A DNA stretch of 64,000 nt from Planctomycetota bacterium (lineage in GTDB: Bacteria > Planctomycetota > UBA1135 > UBA2386), in contig OZ245006.1 in the NCBI GenBank assembly GCA_965223545.1, positions 1,888,001 to 1,952,000 on the forward strand, given 5' to 3'. A program made the translations under genes and the position numbers. Below, piece by piece: positions 41,134 through 49,525 of the stretch. How positions within the stretch are numbered: the stretch's first letter is position 1; each line of letters starts with the position of its first letter. The notes under the pieces were generated by a model, which worked only from the letters and a program-made list of their open reading frames with translations, searched no databases and was not told the origin of the DNA.

Positions 41134-41491
41134 AACTTCCGCTCCTCGACCTCGGCTGTTGTGTTGACAACTTCGGTCGTACCGAGGACCGGGGCCGTAT
41201 TCACGCTTCAAGCGTCCGGCAGCCATCGCCGTGATCGTGTGCTCGCCGCTCTCCCGCGGTCAGCCCGACGCCATCGCCCACCGCGGCGTTCCCAGTTGTG
41301 TTGCGGGCGTCAGCCCGCGATAGGTGACAGAAGAAGACCTGGGGTAGCCCAGCACCGCCTGAACATCGCAAGACGCCATTCCCCGGTCATCGGCGCGCGC
41401 GAGCGTGCACCATTTCCGCCGTGACGCAATCGTCAGCGCCGCCGGCTACGTCGGCTTGACGGTGCGGGGGACCTTCGCTATTAAGGGAAGA

Positions 41492-42766
41492 GTGGAGTAC
41501 CAGAATCACGCGTTCCTCCAGCACAGTCCGTCGACGGGAGTACGGCAGCCGAAGAAGGGCGTCCAGGCAAAGGATGTCGACTTGCGTTCGATTCCGCCTG
41601 TCCCGGTGACCAACTTGGATATCGATATAACCGAGGGGTGCAACCTCGCCTGCTCATATTGTTTCAAAGGCGAGTTGGAGGGCAATCACATGTCCCTCGA
41701 AACGCTCAAGCAATGCTACGACTGGCTATCGGCAGCCTCTAGAGGTGCAGAGCAAATCAACTTCAACTTCATGGGTGGCGAGCCCACCATGAGGTGGAAG
41801 GAGATTCGAGCGTTTGTGCCCTGGGCTCGCCGTCGTTCGTTGGCGGAGGGCAAGCTGGCGACGTTTAGCATGACCTCGAACCTGACGTTGTGGACCGACG
41901 AGATACGGGACTTTGTTGACAAGTATGGGTTCGGTATCCTTATGTCGATTGACGGGTGCCCCGACGTTCAGGATGCTCAGCGGCCGGCCAAGAACGGCCG
42001 CCCCATGTCGGAGACGGTCGAGCGCTGGGCCAAGTCGTTGTTGAGGACGCGCCAACGGTCGACAGCGCGGATGACCTTGTCGCCACACTACGTAGGCCGA
42101 TTCAGAGAGAGCGTAGCATACTTAGTAGAAATTGGCTTTTCGGAGGTCACCGTCGGGACGGCGGACTACGGGTCATGGTCCATGTTGGACCTAGCGACTT
42201 TTCGAGAGCAGTTGGCCGGAATCGTGGAGGACATCGGCCAGTCGTATACAGGCGCAAAGCCCTTTCAGATGACGGTTCTGAAATACCTGGTTGACCATGT
42301 AGTTCGGCACCGAAGAGAAGGGAAGCCGGAGCGTATTGAGCGGCGAGATAGCCCATGTGGTGCCGGGAAGGGGTATCTGATGGTCGACCACACTGGCGAC
42401 ATCTGGCCCTGCCACCGCTTCGATGGTGCTGACCAGGATGTAGGGGCTGAGGGGTCCATGCGAATGGGCAACATCTACCAGCCCGGGTTTCATACGAGTC
42501 TACAGCAGGCGTTCTTGGAGTTTGACCACTCCAAGAAGAGGAAAGAGTCGTGTGATACATGTCCGGTCGACCCGGTCTGTGGCGGATTCTGCCCCGCGGC
42601 GAATCTCCAAGACTCAGGCAACATCTACACGCCGCATGACGGTTACTGCGTGCTATCGCAGGGCTTCTACCGGGCAGCTGACCATCTCTACTCCCTAGCA
42701 GCGGGCGGTGGGTTCTTGGACAGATTGTTGAAGGATTGCGAGGGGACAGACAGCGATGGACGCTAG
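41492..42766 (+). CDS. Radical SAM/SPASM-domain peptide or protein maturase
   Basis: CNLACSYC (CxxxCxxC), FMGGEP, SIDG, and a full SPASM domain (PCGAGKGYLMVDHTGDIWPCHRF...CDTCPVDPVCGGFCPAAN...YC). Probable GTG start at 41492 after AAGGGA; the ORF is open from 41405. Confidence 0.93.
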   Translation: MEYQNHAFLQHSPSTGVRQPKKGVQAKDVDLRSIPPVPVTNLDIDITEGCNLACSYCFKGELEGNHMSLETLKQCYDWLSAASRGAEQINFNFMGGEPTMRWKEIRAFVPWARRRSLAEGKLATFSMTSNLTLWTDEIRDFVDKYGFGILMSIDGCPDVQDAQRPAKNGRPMSETVERWAKSLLRTRQRSTARMTLSPHYVGRFRESVAYLVEIGFSEVTVGTADYGSWSMLDLATFREQLAGIVEDIGQSYTGAKPFQMTVLKYLVDHVVRHRREGKPERIERRDSPCGAGKGYLMVDHTGDIWPCHRFDGADQDVGAEGSMRMGNIYQPGFHTSLQQAFLEFDHSKKRKESCDTCPVDPVCGGFCPAANLQDSGNIYTPHDGYCVLSQGFYRAADHLYSLAAGGGFLDRLLKDCEGTDSDGR

Positions 42767-43679
42767 CGCAGCGGAGCGGGAGTTGCGTGGCCCTTACGGC
42801 GTGCTCACCCAGGAACGCGATGGGCTAGTGGTTCGAAGGCGGCCGCGGCCCGTGCTACCGAAGACTTGGGTCGGTGTGGTCGACGCGTCCGGTTCCGACG
42901 CGGTCCAACTCGCGAAGGAGTGGGAGTCGCGCGCGTTACGACCGATGTCTAGCGTTGCGTTAGAGGTGACTTGTCATGACAAGCAGGACCTCGAGAGGTT
43001 GCCCGAACTCTTGCAAGGGGTCGCGGGGGTCGTGGTGTCAGTCCCGGCGATTTGGTTGGTTGAGCCATCAGCTGAAGAGTGGCAGTTCGCGGAATCGGTG
43101 CAACGGCTGCGAATAGTGGATGAGGGCCTGGAAGGCAACGACCTACTGAGAGCCGGGGAACGCTACGCGGGCCTGGAGGCTGAGGGCTTGCTGGTGGAGG
43201 TAGAATTGCGCCATGATTACCCCTCGGATTTGCTCAGCCGCGTAGAGTTCTGGTCGACTGCGGGGAGAGCCAGCCCCGTGCATCTGAGTGCAGTCGGAGA
43301 TGGCGGTATGAGCCAGGATGACCGTGTCGAAGAGTATTTGAGGGCTGGTGCACTCTTGGGGAACGCCGTCTTGCGGAGTGAGCCGTTCAGGAGCATACTG
43401 GCTCCGATGTTGGAGGAGCGGGAGTATCTGCATGCGGCTCCAGCGTCGGCAGCGCGCTGGACGCTCCGCAGGGAGCGCTGTCCAGCCTGTCCGTGGCGGG
43501 CGTTCTGTCTCGTCACACGGGTTGGACCAATGTTGGTGGACCAAGATGTCGCGATGGAGTGTGCTTTGCGGAAGGCCGTCTTGGCGTCCTGCTTGACCGC
43601 GCGCGCCGCCGAAGGCGAACGAGAACGCAGCGCCAGTGCAAGGAGTTCAGAGAAATGGCGAGACTACTTGCTGGTCTAG
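42756..43679 (+). CDS. Hypothetical protein with C-terminal half-SPASM-like Cys cluster (degenerate radical SAM-like partner)
   Basis: Overlaps the radical SAM stop. Alternating beta/alpha pattern; C-terminal RERCPACPWRAFC-x17-C; no CxxxCxxC. Confidence 0.6.
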   Translation: MDASAAERELRGPYGVLTQERDGLVVRRRPRPVLPKTWVGVVDASGSDAVQLAKEWESRALRPMSSVALEVTCHDKQDLERLPELLQGVAGVVVSVPAIWLVEPSAEEWQFAESVQRLRIVDEGLEGNDLLRAGERYAGLEAEGLLVEVELRHDYPSDLLSRVEFWSTAGRASPVHLSAVGDGGMSQDDRVEEYLRAGALLGNAVLRSEPFRSILAPMLEEREYLHAAPASAARWTLRRERCPACPWRAFCLVTRVGPMLVDQDVAMECALRKAVLASCLTARAAEGERERSASARSSEKWRDYLLV

Positions 43680-44893
43680 CCCTGCTGGTTGCTGGTCTAG
43701 CCCTGCTGGCAGTCATTTGGCTCGCTGCAGAGGCGTCGACCGGGCTGAGGCCCCCTGACGGTGGCCCGGCCAACAAGTCGGACAGTGTGCTCGTCCGTGA
43801 TTCGGAGCGAGTGACATCGAGGTTGCGCATCGAAGCACCAGCGCCCACGCTGAGTGTGCTCGCTCAAGATGGTCGCTTGGTAGAGGGGGCGGAGGTCGTG
43901 GTCGCAGGAGCGCGCGGCCAGGAGGTGAAGGGGAGGCGGTACGTTATTGGAGCGGAGGTCGGCGATACTGCACCCGTTGACATAGTTGCTCGAGGCTTTT
44001 GGCCTTGGAGTCGGGAGCTGCGTATCGAGCAGGAGAACACTGTCCGCTTGACACCAAGGAACTGGTTAGAGCTGTGTGTGGTCGATGCTGTTTCGACGGT
44101 CCCTGTGCCTACGTTTGAAGTGCTACCGACAGATGTTGTTGTGAAGCAAGAACACCCACAGGTCGGTTGCGTGTGGTTGCGTGCGAGTGGTCGCGGCGGG
44201 TTTGCGGTGGGCGTCGCCGCACCAGGATACCCATTCCAGGAGGTCTGGGTCAAGGGCCACAACAGGAGAGCGGTGGTGGAGCTCCTGGCATCCTGTTCGT
44301 TGGCTGGGGTTGTGCGAAGCCGGGATGGCGCTCCGTTGAGCGGTGTTGAGGTGGTGGACCCTAGGCTTGGACTGCGCGGCGAACCACTGGGAGTAACAGC
44401 CGAGGACGGCAGCTTCTCTGTCGAAGTCGCGCCAGTGGATGGCGCTGTGAACCTGCAGCTGCGGAAAGAGGGCTGTGTGCGGTTGGAGTTTCGGCGCCGC
44501 GGCGCTCCGGGTGGGAGGCAATGGTGTGGCGAGGTGGAGGTCCCCGAGGCCGCAATAGTGTTTGGTGTGGTGACGGGCGCGGACGGTCATCCTGTCGTGG
44601 GCGCGGGAATCGTTGTTGCACAAGGTTCCTTGATTAGGAGCGGTGTGCGCGGGCTGACAACACACGAGAAAAGGTGTCGTAAGCGGCTCCCGCGGGGCTG
44701 GCGCGTCGTCAGAGACGTTGAGCGACTTTTGGCCGTTACAAGCAAGGACGGCAGTTACCGGGTCGACGGAGTCGTGCCCGGGACGGTGCGGCAGAGGGTC
44801 TGGGTGACCGCTGGCGACAAAACTGTTGGAAAGACGATACCGGAAGTTGCCACTGGCGGCGCACGGTATCAGTGTGACATTTCGTTGCGGTAG
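43655..44893 (+). CDS. Membrane-anchored carboxypeptidase-regulatory-like (beta-sandwich repeat) protein
   Basis: N-terminal TM LLAGLALLVAGLALLAVIWL; repeats GVVRSRDGAPLSGVEV...TAEDGSF and GVVTGADGHPVVGAGI...TSKDGSYRV. Confidence 0.7.
   Translation: MARLLAGLALLVAGLALLAVIWLAAEASTGLRPPDGGPANKSDSVLVRDSERVTSRLRIEAPAPTLSVLAQDGRLVEGAEVVVAGARGQEVKGRRYVIGAEVGDTAPVDIVARGFWPWSRELRIEQENTVRLTPRNWLELCVVDAVSTVPVPTFEVLPTDVVVKQEHPQVGCVWLRASGRGGFAVGVAAPGYPFQEVWVKGHNRRAVVELLASCSLAGVVRSRDGAPLSGVEVVDPRLGLRGEPLGVTAEDGSFSVEVAPVDGAVNLQLRKEGCVRLEFRRRGAPGGRQWCGEVEVPEAAIVFGVVTGADGHPVVGAGIVVAQGSLIRSGVRGLTTHEKRCRKRLPRGWRVVRDVERLLAVTSKDGSYRVDGVVPGTVRQRVWVTAGDKTVGKTIPEVATGGARYQCDISLR
43668..43709 (+). repeat. Perfect 21-bp tandem duplication extending the TM helix
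   Basis: TTGCTGGTCTAGCCCTGCTGG twice (AGLALL twice). Confidence 0.9.
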
Positions 44894-44906
44894 AGGAGTC
44901 TGGCAG

Positions 44907-45590
44907 ATGAATCAGGAAGAACTGGTCGAGGCTGTGACCGAACTGGTAACCCGCCGAACGGCGATGCGGACGGCAGTCATGGGGCTGGCCGCAGTGTTGG
45001 GGCGGGCGGCGAGTGCTGCCGTTCCGACGTCGTCATCCACATTCTCTACAGAATGCACGGGGGCCAACACGTGTAGCGCCACACAGCCCAACGAATGCGT
45101 GAGCGGCGAGAACAACACTTGCTCAGGTGTCAACACCTGCACCAGCTATAACACCTGTGAAGGTGCTGGGACGACGAACGACTGCTCGAGCGACAACACG
45201 TGCACCAACAGCAACTGGTGCGACCTAGGAGCTAGCAACAACTGCGAGGTTCAGACTTCGGGCAATTCGTGTTCGACGACCGGGGACGTTGGCTCGTCCA
45301 ACACCTGCACTCCTGTTCAGGCGCAGAACAACTGCACGCCTGGAATTGGCGACGATACAGGTAACGGGTGCACGGGAGCAATGAGCAACAAGTGCTCCGC
45401 TGGCTCGAGCAACAACTGCCAGAGCATAGGTTCCGGTCGGAACGAGTGTTCCGGGGGCTCGGAATCGAACACGTGTGTTGGTATCGGTGCGAACAACAAT
45501 TGTGAGTCAGCGTCGACCAATACATGTGGGACCGGTGGCTCGCAGATGAACACTTGCTTGAAAAGCGCGTCGAACACCGTTGGGCCGTAA
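44907..45590 (+). CDS. Tat-signal Cys/Asn-rich protein with 20 N-x-C repeats; putative radical SAM substrate
   Basis: GAGGAG RBS 8 nt upstream; VTRRTAM...h-region...AASA signal; 21 Cys in the mature part, 20 of them as N-x-C. Confidence 0.85.
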   Translation: MNQEELVEAVTELVTRRTAMRTAVMGLAAVLGRAASAAVPTSSSTFSTECTGANTCSATQPNECVSGENNTCSGVNTCTSYNTCEGAGTTNDCSSDNTCTNSNWCDLGASNNCEVQTSGNSCSTTGDVGSSNTCTPVQAQNNCTPGIGDDTGNGCTGAMSNKCSAGSSNNCQSIGSGRNECSGGSESNTCVGIGANNNCESASTNTCGTGGSQMNTCLKSASNTVGP

Positions 45591-46291
45591 GGTCATGCAA
45601 ACCTTCTGCTAGTGGGGCTGGTCAGAAATTCGCATCATAGATATCCAGCTACTTGGCAGCGATGTCGTCGCAGTAACGCTGGAGAGATCGCAGGATCTGG
45701 TCTGCTGTCTTGGACCATACGTACGGGGAGGGATCGTCGTTGTGCTCATCGAGGAAGCTGCGGATGTCTTGTTCGAGGGCACGGGTCGAGCGGTGCACGC
45801 CTCGCTTGAGCTTTCGGCGAGAGAGCAGTGAGAAGAAGCTCTCCGCCACGTTCAACCAAGAAGACTTGGTTGGCGTGAAGTGAAGTTGGAATCGAGGGTG
45901 CCGCAGCAACCAACGTTTCACATCGGCAGTCTTGTGTCTTGTGTGTCGCGTAGTTGTCCAAGATGACGTGGATGTCCAGGTGCGCGGGCACGTTGCTGTC
46001 AATTTCGTCGAGGAAGCGAATGAACTCCTTAGCCCGGTGCTTCCTGAAGCACTTCCCGATCACGCGGCCCGTCGCCACGTCGAGTGCTGCGAACAGAGTC
46101 GTCGTACCATGTCGGATGTAGCGGTCGGTTTGCCGAGCATTGACTGTGGGTCGCATCGGCAAGAGCGGCTGTAACTGTTCCGGCACGCACGTTCTTCGCG
46201 CCGCGCCGAACCGGCGCATGAACAGAGATTTCCGCCACCGGGTGTCGGCACCGGCGCCGGCCACGACGGTGACCGTCCGTAGCTGGCTGGG

Positions 46292-47914
46292 CTACGAGCC
46301 CACGAACAACTGACGCACGATGTTGTCGATCGCGTTGTCGGCTTTGGCGATCTGGGCACGCCGTTGCCGTCCCAGCATCCAGCCACGCGGAGTCAGCTGA
46401 CCGACCTGGGAGGCAGGAGTGGTCGAGATCGCGTGAAGCACATCCCGCAGGTAGAGCAGCGGGCTGATGCCATGCTCTCGACACGACTGGACGAGACTCA
46501 AGAGGATGAGTGAAGCTTGGGTGCCGTCCTCGGATCCGAAGAAGAGCCAGTTCTTCTTGCCGATCACGACTGCACGCAGAGCACGCTCGCAACCGTTGTT
46601 CGAGATCTCGCGGATGCGGCCATCGGTCAGGAAGCGCTCGAGAGCAGGCCACTGGTTGAGCCCGTAGCGAACTCCCTCCATGAGCGGCCCCTTCGGGAGG
46701 CTCGGCTGGTCGATGTGCATCTGCTCGAGCCAAGCCTTGAGCGCGTTCGCAATCGGGCGAGAGTCGCGCTGACGGACCTCGACCAGCTCGTCATCCGTGA
46801 AGGGTCGACCATCTTTGCCCTTCTTGGCGACGCTCTCGATCGCGAACAGCTTGCCGATCCAGCCCAGAGCCTTCTCCGTGGTCGAGTCGCCGAGCTTCCG
46901 CGCATTCACGAAGTAGCGACGAAGGTGTGCCCAGCATCCGATGCGCGCGATGCTGGTTGGATCGAGATCGCTGTAGCAGTCATGGCCATCGCACTGCAAC
47001 CGACCACCGCGGTCGCCCAAGACCTCTTTGGGGCTGCCGCGATTGCGTGAGTCCGTAGCGGTGTAGAAAACCCCGGCGTGTTGATCGCGCCACGCCCACA
47101 CGTGGATCTTTTTCTGTCCGGGGTTTCGGCCGTTGCGCTGGTTGCCGTAGGTGTCGTCCACCTGCAGGACGGAGGTGTCGAGGCTCTCGAGAACTTGCTC
47201 GACATGGGCATCGAACACGGGCTTCAGGAGCTCGGCACAGCGCATCGCCGAAGTGCATAGGACGCTACGCGACAGGCTGAGCCCCTCGGCTGCGTACTTC
47301 TTCTCCAACCGCGCGTACGGCATGTGGTTGGCAAAGCGGTCGAAGATGATCTGCGCAAGGAAGCCGGGGCCGAGGATGCTTTTGTCGAGGACTCGGGTGG
47401 GGCCCGCGGCGACGACGACGTAGCCCTGACAGGTCGCGCAGGAGTACTTCTTCCTCACGATCTGGTGGACGAACGAGAGCTCGATGCGCTCGAGCTCCTG
47501 CGAGACCTCTTCGCCGAACTCCCGACGGCCGTTGCCGCAGCAAGGGCACAGCAGGTCCTCGCCCTCGATCGTGAATACGGAGCGTTGCCGCGGAAGATGC
47601 TCTGGGAAGTCCTTGCGTCGCTTGGTGCGCTTGCGCTTGTGCTCGGGGACGGTGATCTCTTCGGCCTCTTCTTCGGCCGCCTTGGCGTCGGCTCCCGCTT
47701 CCTCTACAGCCTCTTGCGCGAACGGCAGCAGCTGTCGCGGGTCGATGTAGCGGCTCTTCTCCGAGCGGCGACCGAACAGCATGCGCTGAAGGTCGGACAT
47801 CTGCGACTTCAGCGACGAGATCTGCGTGAGCAGATCCGGGATCAAGGCACGTAGCTGCGCCTCATCCAGTGCGTCGACGTTGACCGTTTGCTTGCGACCG
47901 CCCATCGCGACCAT
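46292..47914 (-). CDS. tnpC: IS66 DDE transposase TnpC
   Basis: LFGRRSEK, CPCCG zinc ribbon, KYSCATC, LQVDDT, LQCDG, CWAHLRRYF, ISNNGCERALR...GKKNWLFFGS. Confidence 0.95.
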   Translation of the reverse strand: MVAMGGRKQTVNVDALDEAQLRALIPDLLTQISSLKSQMSDLQRMLFGRRSEKSRYIDPRQLLPFAQEAVEEAGADAKAAEEEAEEITVPEHKRKRTKRRKDFPEHLPRQRSVFTIEGEDLLCPCCGNGRREFGEEVSQELERIELSFVHQIVRKKYSCATCQGYVVVAAGPTRVLDKSILGPGFLAQIIFDRFANHMPYARLEKKYAAEGLSLSRSVLCTSAMRCAELLKPVFDAHVEQVLESLDTSVLQVDDTYGNQRNGRNPGQKKIHVWAWRDQHAGVFYTATDSRNRGSPKEVLGDRGGRLQCDGHDCYSDLDPTSIARIGCWAHLRRYFVNARKLGDSTTEKALGWIGKLFAIESVAKKGKDGRPFTDDELVEVRQRDSRPIANALKAWLEQMHIDQPSLPKGPLMEGVRYGLNQWPALERFLTDGRIREISNNGCERALRAVVIGKKNWLFFGSEDGTQASLILLSLVQSCREHGISPLLYLRDVLHAISTTPASQVGQLTPRGWMLGRQRRAQIAKADNAIDNIVRQLFVGS

Positions 47915-48275
47915 TGATACGAACAGAGCGCGAGTAATGCCGACGAAACTTGGCGGATTTCAGATCAATCCCTTCGAGCAACATCACGAGCTGTGCGCGC
48001 TCGACTTCGACATGTGTGGCGTCGCCGCTCTTGGGACGCCAACTGTCAAACGTGCCGCGCTCGAGTCGCTTCATCGAGATCCAGAAACCGTTGCGATCCC
48101 AGAACAAGATCTTCACGCGATCGCGACGCCGGTTGAAGAACGCGAAGACGTCGCCATCGAACGGATCCCGATGAAAGCTGTGCTGGACGATCGCGCTCAG
48201 CCCGTCGAACGACTTCCTCATGTCGGTTGGCTCGTTGGCGACGTACACGCGCACGCCCGCTGGGAAGGCCAGCAT
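47862..48275 (-). CDS. tnpB: IS66 accessory protein TnpB
   Basis: PTDMRKSFDGL...FFNRRRDRVKILFWDRNGFW...KRLERGTF...LLEGIDL. Confidence 0.95.
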   Translation of the reverse strand: MLAFPAGVRVYVANEPTDMRKSFDGLSAIVQHSFHRDPFDGDVFAFFNRRRDRVKILFWDRNGFWISMKRLERGTFDSWRPKSGDATHVEVERAQLVMLLEGIDLKSAKFRRHYSRSVRINGRDGRSQANGQRRRTG

Positions 48276-48613
48276 CAGTCGGCCACAGAGTCCAGCAAGC
48301 GGTACGCGATGTCTTGAGCAATCGCGCCCTCGAACTCCGCGACGACGCCCGCCGGGAACCTGAGCCGCACAAGGCTCGAGCTCTCGCCCTCGTCGTTACT
48401 CGTCCGGCCCCGACCATCGCGATCGACGACTCGGACCTCCGCGAACCCAGTGCTCTCCTCCGATCGCAACCGATGCGACCACCAACTCAGCGTCCCGATC
48501 GGGATACCGAACCGCTCCGAGAGCGCACGCAGCGAAAACCCTTCCTGCTCGCGGAGCGCGAGAACCTGCCGGATCTCACGGCGACGACTTGCTCGCTTCG
48601 ACATGGCCGCCAT
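48275..48613 (-). CDS. tnpA: IS66 TnpA-like HTH protein
   Basis: GFSLRALSERFGIPIGTLSWWSHRL HTH plus FAEVRV; first ORF inside the IR. Confidence 0.8.
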   Translation of the reverse strand: MAAMSKRASRRREIRQVLALREQEGFSLRALSERFGIPIGTLSWWSHRLRSEESTGFAEVRVVDRDGRGRTSNDEGESSSLVRLRFPAGVVAEFEGAIAQDIAYRLLDSVAD

Positions 48614-48785
48614 CGTGGCGAACGACTCGAGCGTTTGCAGACGTGGTTGCCGGAACAGTTACGAGCGGCTGCGCTCGATCCCGCACCAACGGCCTTCTAG
48701 GCCCAGAACCAGAGTTCGTGTCACCAGCGTAAGCGTCCGGTGAAGGCATCTCGAAAGCCGCTGGCGGATCGGCAGGATGCGGCGG

Positions 48786-49121
48786 ATGACGAAGAGAATC
48801 CCCGTGTGGGCTCGAGCGGAGATGCGCGAGCTGCTTCAAGAGCTGGACACCTCAGGCGTGACGTTCGCCGAGTTCGCGCGCCGGCGTGGTGTCAACGCAA
48901 ACCGCATCTACTGGGCGAGGCGGCAAGCCCGAGCTGCGGCGGCGCCGACCTCCGCGCAGGCGATGTCGGACTTCGGGGAGCTGGTGGTCGCCGCAGACCC
49001 GTCTCCGCGACGAGCAGCGGCCATTGAGTTTCGGGTGCCGTCGGGCGCGGTTGTCGATGTGCAGCGCGACTTCGACGAAGCGACGCTCCGACGGCTGCTC
49101 GGAGTCCTGCTGTCATGCTGA
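48786..49121 (+). CDS. tnpA: IS66 TnpA-like HTH protein
   Basis: SGVTFAEFARRRGV...YWAR...FDEATLRRLL. Confidence 0.8.
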   Translation: MTKRIPVWARAEMRELLQELDTSGVTFAEFARRRGVNANRIYWARRQARAAAAPTSAQAMSDFGELVVAADPSPRRAAAIEFRVPSGAVVDVQRDFDEATLRRLLGVLLSC

Positions 49122-49477
49122 GCTTTCCGCCCTCGCCGCTAGTCAAGATCTTCGTTTGCCGGAAGCCGGTGGACATGAGGAAGAGCTTCAGCGGTCTGTC
49201 GGGTGCGGTCATCGACGTGGTCGACCACGACCCGCAATCTGGTCACCTCTTCCTCTTCTTCAACAAGCGCCGGACCATGATGAAGGCACTGGTGTGGGAG
49301 CCGTCTGGTTACTGGGTGCTGGCGAAGCGACTTACGAGCGGCCGCTTTCAGGTCTTCGATCGCTCGGCTGAGAACAGCAGCCGATTCGAGATTGCGAGTA
49401 GCGATCTCGCGCTCTTGTTGGACGGCATCGACCTCCGTGGCGCGCGCCGCAGAGAAGTTCGCGATCAGGTGCTGTAA
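49115..49477 (+). CDS. tnpB: IS66 accessory protein TnpB
   Basis: PVDMRKSFSGL...DPQSGHLFLFFNKRR...KRL..GRF...LLDGIDL. Confidence 0.92.
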   Translation: MLSFPPSPLVKIFVCRKPVDMRKSFSGLSGAVIDVVDHDPQSGHLFLFFNKRRTMMKALVWEPSGYWVLAKRLTSGRFQVFDRSAENSSRFEIASSDLALLLDGIDLRGARRREVRDQVL

Positions 49478-49525
49478 CGACTGGCCGCGACTTGATCCGT
49501 CTCCGGTTTGTGTTAATCAGAGGGA

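Larger units (their letters stand above)
46171..48662 (-). mobile_element. Complete IS66-family element (2492 bp)
   Basis: Perfect 15-bp terminal IR GTAACTGTTCCGGCA; 8-bp target duplication GAGCGGCT at 46163-46170 and 48663-48670; intact tnpA-tnpB-tnpC. Confidence 0.96.
45609..48680 (-). mobile_element. IS630-family remnant (3' half), frameshifted and interrupted by IS66
   Basis: DRAQPLLPM...YIRHGTTTLFAALDVATG...HVILDNYATHKT / HFTPTKSSWLN.AE.FFS. A 7-bp duplication (CTTGTGT twice, from 45931) shifts the frame. Probable end ...CCCCACTAG at 45609. DRAQ/PLL is split by the IS66 insertion. Confidence 0.85.

Noticed and set aside
41492..42766. Calling the radical SAM an anaerobic sulfatase maturase, or a SCIFF/QhpD ortholog
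   Set aside because: No sulfatase, SCIFF peptide or amine dehydrogenase subunits are in the window; the adjacent NxC protein is the more plausible substrate. Not formally excluded without a search.
44826..44906. Longer 254-aa version of the NxC protein from the ORF track
   Set aside because: It overlaps the upstream gene; the ATG at 44907 has a GAGGAG RBS and puts the RR motif at a normal position.
47862..49477. IS66 TnpB as an RNA-guided TnpB/Cas12-like nuclease
   Set aside because: These are 120-137 aa IS66 accessory proteins, unrelated to IS200/IS605 TnpB, with no RuvC motifs.
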